From positions 3,607,957-3,671,956 of the forward strand of contig CM119270.1 in NCBI GenBank assembly GCA_051294375.1: a stretch of 64,000 nucleotides of DNA, in the 5' to 3' direction. The position numbers were made by a program, and so were the translations under genes. Under the pieces are notes generated by a model, which saw only the letters and a program-made list of their open reading frames with translations, was not told the origin of the DNA and ran no database searches. Shown piece by piece: positions 51,819 through 64,000 of this stretch; position 1 is the first letter of the stretch; each line of letters begins with the position of its first letter. This DNA is from Paraspadella gotoi (Eukaryota > Animalia > Chaetognatha).

Positions 51819-53945
51819 GGTTCCCATCCGTCCGTTTCCATGGCCTGTCACTTTCATGCGCATTAACCGTGCCATGTGTCAGTGCTGTTCTTCCACTCCA
51901 TGGCATGGCCATTCATCTCTGGCCGCTTCCATCCATTCCATCAACCATAACATCCTATCCTGTCCGTTGTTTCGCATCCGGTTCCATGCCGTCCAATTGC
52001 TGTCCCATTTTGCATCCAATACCGTCCATTCATGTTGGAGCGGCCGTACGATCCAAATTCTCAGCCTTGCGGGCAGATCAAGTTTAGATCATCTCTCTCA
52101 TTCGTCGTCCATCGCTACTCTTCGTCTCTCTCATTCTCTGTCTACTCATTTCTCTGCTCTCTCGTCATCGTCTCTAGTCCTATCTCTTCTCTCTTCAGTC
52201 GCTCGCGATGCAATGTCCGTCTACCTCTCCTCTAGGTCCTTGGCAGTTTTCTCTTTTCAGTCTCTCTCTCTCCTCTCTCTCTCTCCTCGATCTCCCTTCT
52301 CTCTAGCTGTCTCCCCTGTCTCTCTCTTCAGGTGCTCTCTCTCTCCTCTTGCTTTTTTTCTGTATTTTCTCTTTGTTCGCCGGCATCTGACTCTTCTCCC
52401 TTCGTTGCGCCGGCCTTACTGATCAAAGCGGCGCTGCCGCTCTTTCTGAGCCTCTGCTCATCCGCCCTTACTGCGCCGCTTCCTTGCTTCACCTTTCCTT
52501 TCACTTTGGCGGAATAATTCCGCTCTCCGTTCTCTCTACTCATCTCTCTTCTCTTTCATCTCTCTCTCTCCTCTCATCAACATCCATGCTACTTCTCATA
52601 CATCATGCTCTACTTCTCTCACTGCTCGATACTATAATATATTTATAATTATTTCTTTCTTTCATTGTTTCTTTGTCATTCTTTCTTGCGTCTTATTCTT
52701 TATCTATTGTCTTTCATTATGCTTCTCTTTGCTGTTCTGCTTCCTTTTCTTCTCTTTGCTTTCCTTTTTTATCTTTCTTTCTTTTCTATCGTGCTTTTAT
52801 TTTTTTCTTATCTTTTTTTTCTTTCTTTCTGTCATCATCATCATTGCCTGCTCCTCTCCTCTCTCTCTGCTCCCTCACCTCTTCCCCACTCTCATCTCAA
52901 GGCGATGCCGAAGTTGTTAAGGCCATCCACCATCGTTAGATCGTTCACATTTATTCGTACAGTCGGTCGTCGTCTATTTTACGTACGATTGTATGTTGTT
53001 TATTGTTGTTGTTATGCTATATATTGGGTGAGGTGGACGCTCGGCTCACTCGTGTGCTATTCGTATTTTATTTTAAGGAGCGAATCGCTGCTTTCTTTCT
53101 CTGTTTGTCTTCATCAAGGCGATAGTCGTTCATCGGTGTATCTGAAACGAAGCCATTAATAATCGTCGTCGTCCGTCTTCGTCGTCGTCCTCGCCCCATC
53201 GTTATCCCTCAGAGAAGTGGGACGGCGGGGAAAAATACCTACGAGAGAGAAGGCGGGCGTTTGGACGGCAGGCGCAATTTTTTCAGCTCGATCCCAGATA
53301 CTCCTCTCTCCTTCTCCGTCTTCTGCCCGTCTCTGCTCTCTCTATCCTCTCATCTTCTCATCTCCATCTCCTCTCATCTCTCCTCATCCTCTCTCGCCTC
53401 TCTCTCCGTCTCTTCTCCCTCTCTCTGCATCATCTCATCTCTTCTTCAGGTGAACAAAGACTGTACAAAGTCTCATTCAAAATTCTTCCTGATGCACGTC
53501 GGTAACCGACGTTTTACTGGCATTCTATCTTCATCAACGGCGCAGGACTATAGACGAAGTCGATGCACGACATACGCTTTTTAGGAGCCTCGCCCGGCTG
53601 CGGAGTATCTCAGAGATTGGGAGACTCGCTTCTCGTGTTGAAGCCTTTGAAAAAGACTTTAGTTAGCGCGGGCATAAGGCTGCTTCAAAGTAACTGGCTG
53701 TATTGACGTGCAAGACCTTTGGCATAATTGCAAAGGTTTTAGAGGTTCCTGTTGCAAATGTCATCAAGTCATGACAGAGTAACTATTTTTTGAATATCGA
53801 CGTTAAACTTAAGACGTAGAAAATCGCCGCAGCGATGATTAAGAATTACATATCATGAGAGGGTTGGCTGTTTTTCGAAGAAAACTGCGCTTCGCGACCA
53901 TCGCCTCGGATAAACACAGCTTGAGTTTGGCAAACTTACGGTTTA
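51819..53945 (-). repeat. Fold-back (inverted) noisy copy of ~50040-51793
   Basis: For example, gtttggcaaacttacgg (53926-53942) is the reverse complement of ccgtaagtttgccaa (39696; counterpart at ~50043). caagtttagatcatctctc (~52078) is a near reverse complement of gagatgactaaacttg (~51671). The axis is a 25-N gap (51794-51818). Confidence 0.88.
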
Positions 53946-56029
53946 CTGTAACTTCGGTGCACAAGGACAGATGAATGGATGGATGGGTGGATGGAAGAAC
54001 AGATGAATGGATGGATGGAAGAACAGATGAATGGACGGATGGATGAAAGGACAGATGAATGGATGGATTGATGGAAGGACAGATGGACGGAAGGATGGAT
54101 TGAAAGACAGAGGGACGGACGGATGGAAACAAGGACAGATGGATGAATAGAAAGACAGAGGGACGGATGACGGACTATTTTGAAGCGGGACACGGTGCCG
54201 TCTGCCTCAGCATAAAAGAATAAAAACTTTGTCGCGTAAAGGACAAAGGATGTCTGAGTTGGACAAGAAAGAACAAATTTTAAGCAGGTGAGAAACGCCT
54301 GGTGATTTTGAGTGATAGATGATTTTATATTGCTTGTATCAATTCCATTTTATTCTATTGCGGAGTAAGTGTAATATAGGAGTGGTCCTTCTATGAAAGT
54401 TGCAAAATTACTTGTTTCACTATCTTTATTTTTTTTAGTTTATTTTATTTATTTGTTAAAATATTTTTATACCTGTTGGAAAATCATTAATGAGAAACTC
54501 ATAATATCTACAAGGCCGAAAAAAAAGGGGAATGGATAATTTTTTTGGGGATTAAGGTTATATTGTATCAGTATTTTTACCATAAGGATAAGACTACATA
54601 GTAGAATAGTAGAATATATAATTTAAAAAGTTAATAAAACATTATACTGTACCAGTTAATAAATTAGACTGTGAGAGAGTCACGAATGAAAGGTTACAGG
54701 GTCCTACGAAGTTGTTATCTTGTTACGGGGATGGAGTCCTTGACCTGCCATAGCCTGTCCGAAGTCGGAAAGAAGAAAGTTAGTTTATTGTTTATTGAAT
54801 GTATGTATAATTTTATATTGGTTGTAAGCTGTCCTCAGAGTTTAAATTCGTGACACAACGGAGATTCCTTCGACAACCGGACAACACAAACGTTTTGGTC
54901 TTCTATCAATTGAAAGCTACACTACCGCCCCCGCCACCACCATCACTGCCGCCGCCGCTGCCGCCGCCGCCGCCGCCGACAACGACGACGAGGCTTTACT
55001 AGAATCGCCTGCATTTGGCGCCACGTTTTCGCCTCCTTCTCTTCTTTCTCCTCCTCTTCCTCCCTACGATTCCATTTTTATCCATTCATCTTTCAAAATC
55101 CGAAGCAAAAAAAAAAATTGATGAAAATTGAAGGGAGAGAAAAATCAGTGTTTGAACAAGAAGAAAGGAGTATGGAATTAAACGCGACGAGACGAAAGAG
55201 AGCAGAGAGACGAGAGAGAGAGAGAGAGAGACGATAGAGAGAGAGAGAGAGAGAGAGGAGAAGAGTGAGGAGAGAGAAGAGAGAAGAAAGAGAAGGAGAC
55301 AAGGAGAAAAGCATGAGAAAAAAAGAGGAAAGAATGATTTTGGAACGAGAGGGGGGAGAGAGAGAAAGAGAGAGAGAAGAGAGAGATGAGATGAGAGAGA
55401 TGCAGAGAGAGAGGGAGAGAGATGAGAGAGAGGGAGAGGAGGGAGAGAGGAGGGAAAAAGAGAGAGAGAGAGAAAGAAAGAGAGAGAAAGAAGAGAGAGA
55501 GAAGGGAACCAGAAGAGAAAGAAAAAAGGAGAAAAAGTAAGGATAGGCGAGAATTAATCAAGTAAACACGAACGTTGACAAATAGTTTGTCAACTTCCCT
55601 CATTTGTGAAAATTTCGTTGGCACAGATAAACATCTTGATAGCATTGCCATCTTTTCGAAAAACTAACTTAATAATTAAACATTATATTTCATAGGTTAT
55701 TTGACGAAATTGTGTGTTAAAATTTTCTAACAAATTCCAAGTGTTTGATTTGGGAAGGACGTGAAAGTCTCGAAAACTTAGGAATGAAATTAAAATGAAA
55801 GAGGAAGAAAGAGGGGAAGACAATAGAAAAAGAGAGAGAGAGAGAGAGAGAGANNNNNNNNNNNNNNNNNNNNNNNNNTAACCCACCTTCAAACCACCCA
55901 CTCACCCATAACCACCGCACCACGACCCACCTTGCGGTCAACGTTCCTGCACTCGCGCGAGACCCGAGAAACGAAGGAAGAATTTAAGAGAAGCGACGCA
56001 GTCCCGAGAACATTCCTCCACATCTCTCT

Positions 56030-58500
56030 CTCTCTCATTCTCCTCTCTCCTCTCTCTCTCTCTCTCATCATCTCTCTCTGCTCTCATCTCTCATCTCTCT
56101 ACTCTCTCTCTCTCTCTTTTTCTATTGTCTTCCCACTCTTTCTTCCTGCTTCATTTAATTTCATTCCTAAGTTTTTCGAGACTTCACGGTCCATTACCCA
56201 AATCAAACACTTGAATTTGTTAGAAAATTTTAACAGCACAATTTCGTCAAATAACCTATGAAATAATAAGTTTTAATTATTAAGTTTAGTTTTTCGAAAA
56301 GATGGCAATGCTATCAAGATGTTTATCTTGTGGCAACGAAATTTTCAGCAAATGAAGGGGAAGTTGACAAAACTATTTGTCAACGTTCGTGTTTACTTGA
56401 TTAATTCTCCGCCTATCCTTACTTTTCTATCAGCTTTTTTCTTTTCTCTTCTGGTTCCCTTCTCTCTCTCTTCTTTCTCTCTCCTATCTTTCTACTCTCT
56501 CTCTCCTCATCTCTCTCTTTTTCCCTCCTCTCTCCCTCCTCTCCCTCTCTCTCATCTCTCTCCCTCTCTCTCTGCATCTCTCTCATCTCATCTCTCTCTT
56601 CTCTCTCTCTTTCTCTCTCTCCCCCCTCTCGTTCCAAAATCATTCTTTCCTCTTTTTTTCTCATGCTTTTCTCCTTGTCTCCTTCTCTTTCTTCTCTCTT
56701 CTCTCTCCTCACTCTTCTCCTCTCTCTCTCTCTCTCTCTCTATCGTCTCTCTCTCTCTCTCTCTCGTCTCTCTGCTCTCTTTCGTCTCGTCGCGTTTAAT
56801 TCCATACTCCTTTCTCCATGTTCAAACATAAGCTGAGTTTTTTCTCTCAGCCTTCAAATTTTTTTCATCAATTTTTTTTTTGCTTACGGGATTTGAAAGA
56901 TTGTGAAATGGATAAAAATGGAATTCGTGAGGGAGAAAGAGAGGGGAAGGAGAAGAGAAGAGAAGGAAGGGTCGAAAACGTGGACCTGCCAAATTGCAAG
57001 AGCGATTCTAGTAAAAAGTCGTCGTCGTTGTCAGGCGGGCGGCCGGCCGGGACGGCGGCAGGCGGCGGCGGCAGTGATGATGGTGGCAGGGGGCGGTAGT
57101 TGTAAGCTTTTCAATTGATAGAAAGACCAAAAACGTTTGTGTTGTCGCGGTTAGTCGAAGGAATCTACCGTTGTGTCACGAATTTAAACTCTGAGGAAAC
57201 AGCTTACAACCAAATATAAAATTATACATAGCATTACAATTAAACAATAATTAACTTTCGTTCTCAGACTTCGGAGCAGGCTATGGCAAGGTCAAGGACT
57301 CCATTCCCCGTAACAAGAAAGATAACAACATTCGTAGGACAGACCTGTAACCTTTCATTCGTTTGAACTCTCTCACAGTCTAATTTAATTTAACTGGTAC
57401 AGTATAATGTTTTAGTAACTTTTTTAAAATTATATATTCTAACTATTCTACTATGTAGTCTTATCCATTATGGTAAAAAAATACTGATACAATATAAACC
57501 GTTAGAAAATGAAATTCCCCAAAAAAAAATTATCCATTCCCTTTTTTTTTTTTTCGGCCTTGTAAGAGTATTATGAGGTTTCTCATTAATGATTTTCCAC
57601 AGGTTATAAATATTTTAAATGCAAATAAATAATAAACTAAAAAAAAAATAAAAAAGATAGTGAAAAACAAGTAATTTTGGCAAACTTTATAGAAGGACGG
57701 CACTACACTATATTACACTTACATCCGCAATAGAATAGAAATGGAATTGATACAAGCAATATAAAATATCTATTCTATCACTGCAAATCACCAGGCGTTT
57801 CTTCATCACCTGCTTAAAATTGTTTCTTTTTTTCTTGTATCCAACTCGAGACATCCTTTGTCCTTTTTACGCGACAGAAAGTTTTATTCTTTTGATGCGA
57901 GGCAGACCGGATCTAGGCACCGTGTCCCGCTTCCCAAAATAGTGTCCGTCATCCGTCCCTCTGTTTTCTAATTCACCAATCTGTGCGCTTGTTTCCATCC
58001 GTCGTCCACTATTGTGTCTTTCCAATCCATCCTTCCAGTCATCTGTCGCTTCCATAAATCCACATACCATAATACATCTGTCCCTTTCATCCATCCGTCC
58101 ATTCATACTGTTCTTCCGATCCATTCCATTCATGCTGTCTTCCATCCAACCCATCATCCCATTCATCTGTCTTGTTTCCATCGCGTACCGTCCATTCTGT
58201 ACCTTTTCAAATCCATCCGCTCCATTCATCTGATTCTTTAACCATTCCATCCACCATTCATCACTGGCTTCCCATCCATGCCATCATCCATACCATCTGT
58301 ACTTAGTTTGCCATCCGTTTACCGTTCCATGCTGTGTCCCTTTCATATCTGCCATACCGTCCATTCATGCGCACGACGTCAAATCTCTGCGCAAGTCAAG
58401 TTTAGTCATCTCTCTCTCTATTCTCAGTCACATATCTCCTCTCTTCTCTCTCAGTTCTCTCATCATCTCTCGATCCCTCCTCTCTCGTCTCTCTTCTCTC
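56030..58500 (-). repeat. Fold-back (inverted) noisy copy of 53960-55853 continuing into 51650-51793
   Basis: The identical peptide MRREKREEREGDKEKSMRKKEERMILEREGG appears at 55265(+) and 56712(-). gacgtcaaatctctgcgcaagtcaagtttagtc (~58375) is a near reverse complement of 51676-51708. The axis is near a 25-N gap (55854-55878). Confidence 0.88.
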
Positions 58501-58585
58501 GAGTGATAATGGGATGAATGATCCTTTAGGATACAGAGAGATAGATAAAGAGACAGATATATGGACTCGATAACAATTAAAAATA

Positions 58586-58882
58586 TTTTTATTAGCCGGA
58601 TCTGCATACAGCAGATTCCGGCTCTAAATGGAAAATATAAAAAAGCTGTTTAACTATTTTATTATGCTTTTTACTTTTTAATTTAATGTAAATGGAATCT
58701 ACAATAATTAATTAATTATCCAATTAATTTATAAATTAATTAATTATTCAATAAATTAATTAATTAACCAATTAATTAATAAATTAATTAATTATTCAAT
58801 CAATTAATTAATTAATTATCTGATCAACTCCTTATCGCTAATGATCGTGGGCAAATCCGGCATTGTTTGCTCAAACTTGTTT
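58586..58882 (+). mobile_element. HINE/DINE-1-like element, family A, copy 2 (short, AT-repeat core)
   Basis: 5' hairpin AGCCGGATCTGC-ataca-GCAGATTCCGGCT. The 3' end GCAAATCCGGCATTGTTTGCTCAAACTTGTTT is near-identical to 26370-26400. The centre is (TAAT)n-like. Confidence 0.75.
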
Positions 58883-58987
58883 CAATTTGGTAAAGGAGTG
58901 GTCGTTGACAAGCCACGGATTCAGAAAAACTACTAAGGCCAAAAGAGGATAGGAGATAATTATTAAAAAGAATTATTAAAAATTATT

Positions 58988-59353
58988 AAAACAAGACCGG
59001 TAATTCCAATGTGTTGAGCCGCAGTGACTTTTTTTTTTTACGTGTATTTCCCTTTGATCACATTATATGACATGACATGACTAAAAAACTTTCTTAGCCC
59101 TTGTATTTATGACATGCACTGCATCAAAATTCCGTCTTTTATTACTTAAAGTTTTAGAATTTCCCGAAGGCGGCGCTAGCAGTCCCCTAGAATAGAGGTT
59201 TTTTTCTGTCTTAACAAATGAGCAACCAACTATAGGCAAATTATATGCATTTTAACGTAAGTTGGACAGACCGTTGGACAGACATACCGTGACCCACGGA
59301 CCGACAGACCGACCCAAAAGTGACTTATAATGTACTCGCGGCGCAACTAAAAA
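58988..59353 (-). mobile_element. HINE/DINE-1-like element, family B
   Basis: On the minus strand it starts TTTTTAGTTGCGCCGCG, has a (GGTC/GTCY) microsatellite, a subterminal inverted repeat (gttgagccgc vs gcggcgcaac) and ends CCGGTCTTGTTTT. The interior is shared with 32530-32800 and 16375-16650. Confidence 0.65.
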
Positions 59354-59531
59354 TGATTAATAATTACTACAACCTACTATACATTCGTGGTCCCTCCAAC
59401 TTATGAAAGAAAATGGACGAAATAAAATCAGTGCGTATTCTTGACTGCGTCGTCGGGACAATTCGTTGGAAAGTTGGAAGAGTTTGGCCAGAGTGAAAGA
59501 AAGAAGACATGAAATTAGATAAGAGTGAAAG

Positions 59532-59595
<64 letters not shown>

Positions 59596-62500
59596 ATAGG
59601 TAGAAAGTTGTCGCGAGAGGGAGAACAGAGGGTGGTGCTTCCCTGGGGCGATTGGACGGGAAAGGTCGACTCGTTTAAAGAGGAGGAAGGAGGAGGAAGG
59701 AGGAGGAAAGAGGAGGAAAGAGAAGGAGAAGGAGGAGGAAAAGGAAGGAGGAGGAAGGAGGAGAAGGAGGAAAGATGAGGAGGAGGAGGAAGGAGGCATG
59801 GTTTAAATGTAAATTATTTGAAAAAAATTAAAATAATAATTTAATAAAAAAAATTGATTACAAATAAACTATTAAACATAAAATAAAAGTTATGGACTCA
59901 AACGAAAGGAAATTATTTATAGATTATGGATGATGCATAATTTTTTTAACCATTTTTTAATTTTTTAAATTTTATTTTATTGATTTTTAAATTAATTTAT
60001 AAAAAATTGTCATTAGGAAAAATTTTATTACCCTTTTTTTGTGTAGCCCAAAGGTCCGGAAACGTATCCCGGACATTTCATTCTTGTGCACTCAATGCCG
60101 ATTAAATCGATGTGAAAAGAAACCGTGTATAATATACTGTATATACATAAAATAATATATTCCCGGTTAGGGAAAACAGCCTCGGGGAGAATAAAGATAT
60201 TAAGTACTCGGACATCCGGATCGTAAGGTCATTGACCGATAATTAAAGCGAATTACATCCGGGCCGAGACGCCTTCTTTTGTCCCGACTTGGAAAAAAAT
60301 CCAGCAGCTGCTTTTTTTTCCCCCGCTGCGTCGCGAAAGCTGGACGCGGATGCTGACGTAGCTGGACGCGGCTGCCGTCGCAGCTGGACGCGGTTTCCTG
60401 TCACCATATCCCAACAAAGAAAGAAAGAAATAAAGAAAGATCGAAGGATTTAAAGTTAGAAAAAATAGAGAGGAAAAATAGCAAAAAGAAAACCATACGA
60501 TGAAAAGAAAATAGAAAGAAAAACAAACGAGATAAAAAAGAAAACAAAAAGTCCTAAATGCGAAACAGAAGGAGAAAAGAAAGAAAATCAAGGGAAAAGA
60601 ATCCCACAAACGAACCCGAAGGCTGTGGGGGGTAGAAGGGGGTTGAGGTGTGTAGAAGGGGTGTAGAAAAGGGGTAGAGGGTGTTCGAGGAGAGTAAAAT
60701 GGGGGGTAGAGGAGGGGGTAGATGGGGGGTGGAAGGGTGTCGAAGGGGCGTCTTCTATCCCAACTCTCGGTCCGGACCACCAGGGGTCATTCGATTTCAA
60801 TTTCCAGAGCAGACACCGAGAAAATCCTCTCGCTCTCTGTCGCGCTTTGTCTTCCTCTAATTCTTGGTCTCACTCGCCTTTCTCTTCCCCTTTATTATTC
60901 TTTTTCTCTTTCTCCTTCTCTTCTTTTTCCCCTTCCCCTCTCTTTCTCCTTACTCCTCTCTTTCTCCTCTCCCTCTCCTTCCCCTTTCTCCTCTTCTTTC
61001 TCCCTTCTCCTTTCTGTCTTTTATTCTCCTATCTCTCTCTTTNNNNNNNNNNNNNNNNNNNNNNNNNNNNNNNNNNNNNNNNNNNNNNNNNNNNNNNNNN
61101 NNNNNNNNNNNNNNNNNNNNNNNNNNNNNNNNNNNNNNNNNNNNNNNNNNNNNNNNNNNNNNNNNNNNNNNNNNNNNNNNNNNNNNNNNNNNNNNNNNNN
61201 NNNNNNNNNNNNNNNNNNNNNNNNNNNNNNNNNNNNNNNNNNNNNNNNNNNNNNNNNNNNNNNNNNNNNNNNNNNNNNNNNNNNNNNNNNNNNNNNNNNN
61301 NNNNNNNNNNNNNNNNNNNNNNNNNNNNNNNNNNNNNNNNNNNNNNNNNNNNNNNNNNNNNNNNNNNNNNNNNNNNNNNNNNNNNNNNNNNNNNNNNNNN
61401 NNNNNNNNNNNNNNNNNNNNNNNNNNNNNNNNNNNNNNNNNNNNNNNNNNNNNNNNNNNNNNNNNNNNNNNNNNNNNNNNNNNNNNNNNNNNNNNNNNNN
61501 NNNNNNNNNNNNCTCTCTCTTTCTCCTTCTCCTCTCTTTCTTCTTCTCTAATCCTCGCCGATCTTTCGCCCCGTCCGTCCGAGGAGCACGCCTGTTGAAA
61601 ATCGATCTGGCGCCGACTTAATCCCCGCCCGACCGACGCCTGTTGCCCTTATCACCATGCCTGGTGCCCAAATGCCCCAGGCCTGGTACCCGAAGCACAA
61701 CGCCTGGAAAACTACGCCCCCTTCGTACCTATGAACCTTTTAAAAAAATCAAAACTAAACTTGCCATGGTTTTAAAAAAATGCTTAAATCTCTTTAAATA
61801 CATACATATGGTCACTATTTCAAAACACAATTCTAACTAGTTAAGTGATTAAGGCAGTGATAGCCAAAAAAAAGTTAACCTTGAACGGACGAACCGGTTG
61901 GCGAATGGACGTACGGATTTTCGGATGGACGGACCGGCCCACCAAGCGACTTTCTTCATCCTCATCTTCATCCTAATCTTCATCTTCATCTTCTTCCTAA
62001 TCCATGGATATTATTAATCCCCAATGTTTTTCTCTCTTAATTTCCTTTTCCATTTTTTTCCAAAAACAAACAAACTCATTTCTTCTTCTCCCCCAAAATT
62101 TGTAATTTTTCCCTATTTCTTTATATCGTCTATTTGTGACCATTTTTTTCGGAAAGCGCCCAATTTCAGGTTGAATTATAATTAATAAAAATGATTTATA
62201 TTATTTTTAATATCAATAATATTTAATACATAAACACGATATGTTCTGATGTATATGTAAGTCATTATCAGGGCCAAAGTTTTTAAGTTTAAAGTTAATT
62301 ACAAAGAAACAGAGTTTTTATTTATTTCTATAATTATTAATATTGATGAGTTACAATTAAGTTTAAAGATTAAGTTAGGGGTTAAAAGAATAAGGTTGTG
62401 TTGGATAAGTTCAAAGTTTTGATTAAGGATTATGTTTGAGATTAAAAAAATTACTCGGTAAGAAATTTGTATTAATTTTTTGGGGTCAAATTAAGTTCAG

Positions 62501-63134
62501 GGATGGGAAACAGAAATGGGGCCCATTAGGAAAATAGTGCCCTATTTTCTTTTCGTCTACTACATGTTTTTCTTCTCTTTTTTTCCTCATTGAATCCCTT
62601 TTTTCCCTTTTTTTCCCTTTTTTTTCGTGAGTTTCATTCATTTCGTTCGATTAATTTTTCTCATCCGCGATTTAACCTTTGATCCTCGAGTAAACAAGGA
62701 TTCCACTCAATTCGATTATATAACTTTTTTTGTTTTAATTGTATATGTTAATTAAAAATTAACACAGAAAAAATAATAAATAATCGTATACCCCTGGAGG
62801 AATGGGTGCTGCTTAAGCGAACACAGAGAGAGAGAGAGTAGAGAGAGAGAGAGAGACGCGAGAGTAGATGAGAAGAGAGAGAGAAGAGATGAGAAGAAGA
62901 GAGAGAGGAGAGAGAGAGAGAGAGATCGTAGGAATCAAATCAATGAATCGAATTCCTTCTCAAAAGGACTGAGAAAGAACCTTATTCTAATAAGACAGGA
63001 AGTTTTTCGCTTCTGGCAAAGATCTTTGATTTTTTTTCGTCTGGAGCGAAATTAGAAAATAGACGAGAGCGAATTTTTTTAACGGTGAGATGGGTAGGTT
63101 TTAGGGTGAAAGGGGGCTTCTTGTCTCTGGTCTG

Positions 63135-63182
<48 letters not shown>

Positions 63183-64000
63183 CTTCTCTCTCATCTCTCA
63201 TCTCTCTCTTCTCTCTCTGTCTCGTTCTCTCTCTCTCTCTCTCTTGTTCTCTCTCTCGTTTTTTTATTTCTCTCCTTTTTTTTTGTTAACGTAATATTTC
63301 GTCATCATCTGATTCACTGATCGTTTTGAAGTTAAATGCAAATAAACCATTAAATCATCAACATAAAAAAGTTATAATTCAAACACCATGCGTACAAATA
63401 TTTAATCATTTAAAATGCCAATCGGTTTGGTTTCCACTTTGTAGGTCAAAATTACAAATCCATCGACGTTTAATTTCTCTTCTTCGGTTTTCGTCCGCAC
63501 GAAACAAAAATCGCCTCGGGTTATTCCGATTGTTAATCGATTCCAGAGAGAGTAGGAGGGGAGAGAGAGAGAGAGAGAGAGAGGAGAGAGGAGAGAGAGA
63601 GAGGAGAGAGGGAGAGAGAGAGATAGAGAGAGGGAGGAGAGAAGAGAGAGAGAGATTGATACTTCCGTATCTCTCTCTTAGATTGATTTTATTTTAGGCT
63701 CATCATGTTTTATATTAAAACACATTTACAATCAAGCTATTAGGATCGTAAGAGAGCCGTACATAGGTATTATGTACATACAAGTATTGTAAGAGAATTA
63801 TAAAACAAATATATTAAAATTCATTAAATAATTATAACGAGGAAAAGATGTAAATTAAAAATAGAAAAATTCTATATTACAGAGATCATATTAAGTTTAA
63901 ATGATGGAACCTTTTCAAAAATTTTTTACATTCCATATCATTTTCAATGTTACCAATTAATTTTCAATAGTATTTGAAGTATCTTTAGAATAAAATTTCT

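Noticed and set aside
60766-60820. tRNA/SINE-like hairpin (CTCGGT...ACCGAG)
   Set aside because: No cloverleaf and no convincing A/B boxes; only a 6-bp terminal stem.

Overview
This is eukaryotic, most likely invertebrate-animal, draft-assembly DNA: microsatellite-rich (AG, GTC, TTCA, ATGG), with short GT-AG introns and many N gaps. Almost all listed ORFs are low-complexity artefacts. Supportable content: (1) a complete 7-exon gene (22615-24674, +) for a 287-aa secreted fibrinogen-related (FReD) protein with a signal peptide, an acidic linker carrying RLRR/KKR sites and an N-terminally truncated FReD; the ORF track shows only its last exon in frame as a recognisable FReD; (2) an intact intronless orphan ORF of 227 aa (30799-31482, -) that recurs in two indel-riddled copies; (3) an internally deleted Tc1/mariner element with perfect 25-bp TIRs and TA target sites; (4) a degenerate LINE-like region; (5) two families of DINE-1/HINE-like non-autonomous rolling-circle elements; (6) candidate cis-regulatory clusters (paired RFX X-boxes plus a CCAAT array; NRF1/ETS/E2F; CCAAT/CArG/Inr). 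Much of 35-58.5 kb consists of noisy direct and fold-back duplications abutting gaps of exactly 25 N, most likely long-read gap-filling artefacts. I found no prokaryotic-type system, CRISPR array, rRNA or tRNA, and no novel system that I can demonstrate from sequence alone. The best leads are the unusual FReD precursor and the orphan ORF.
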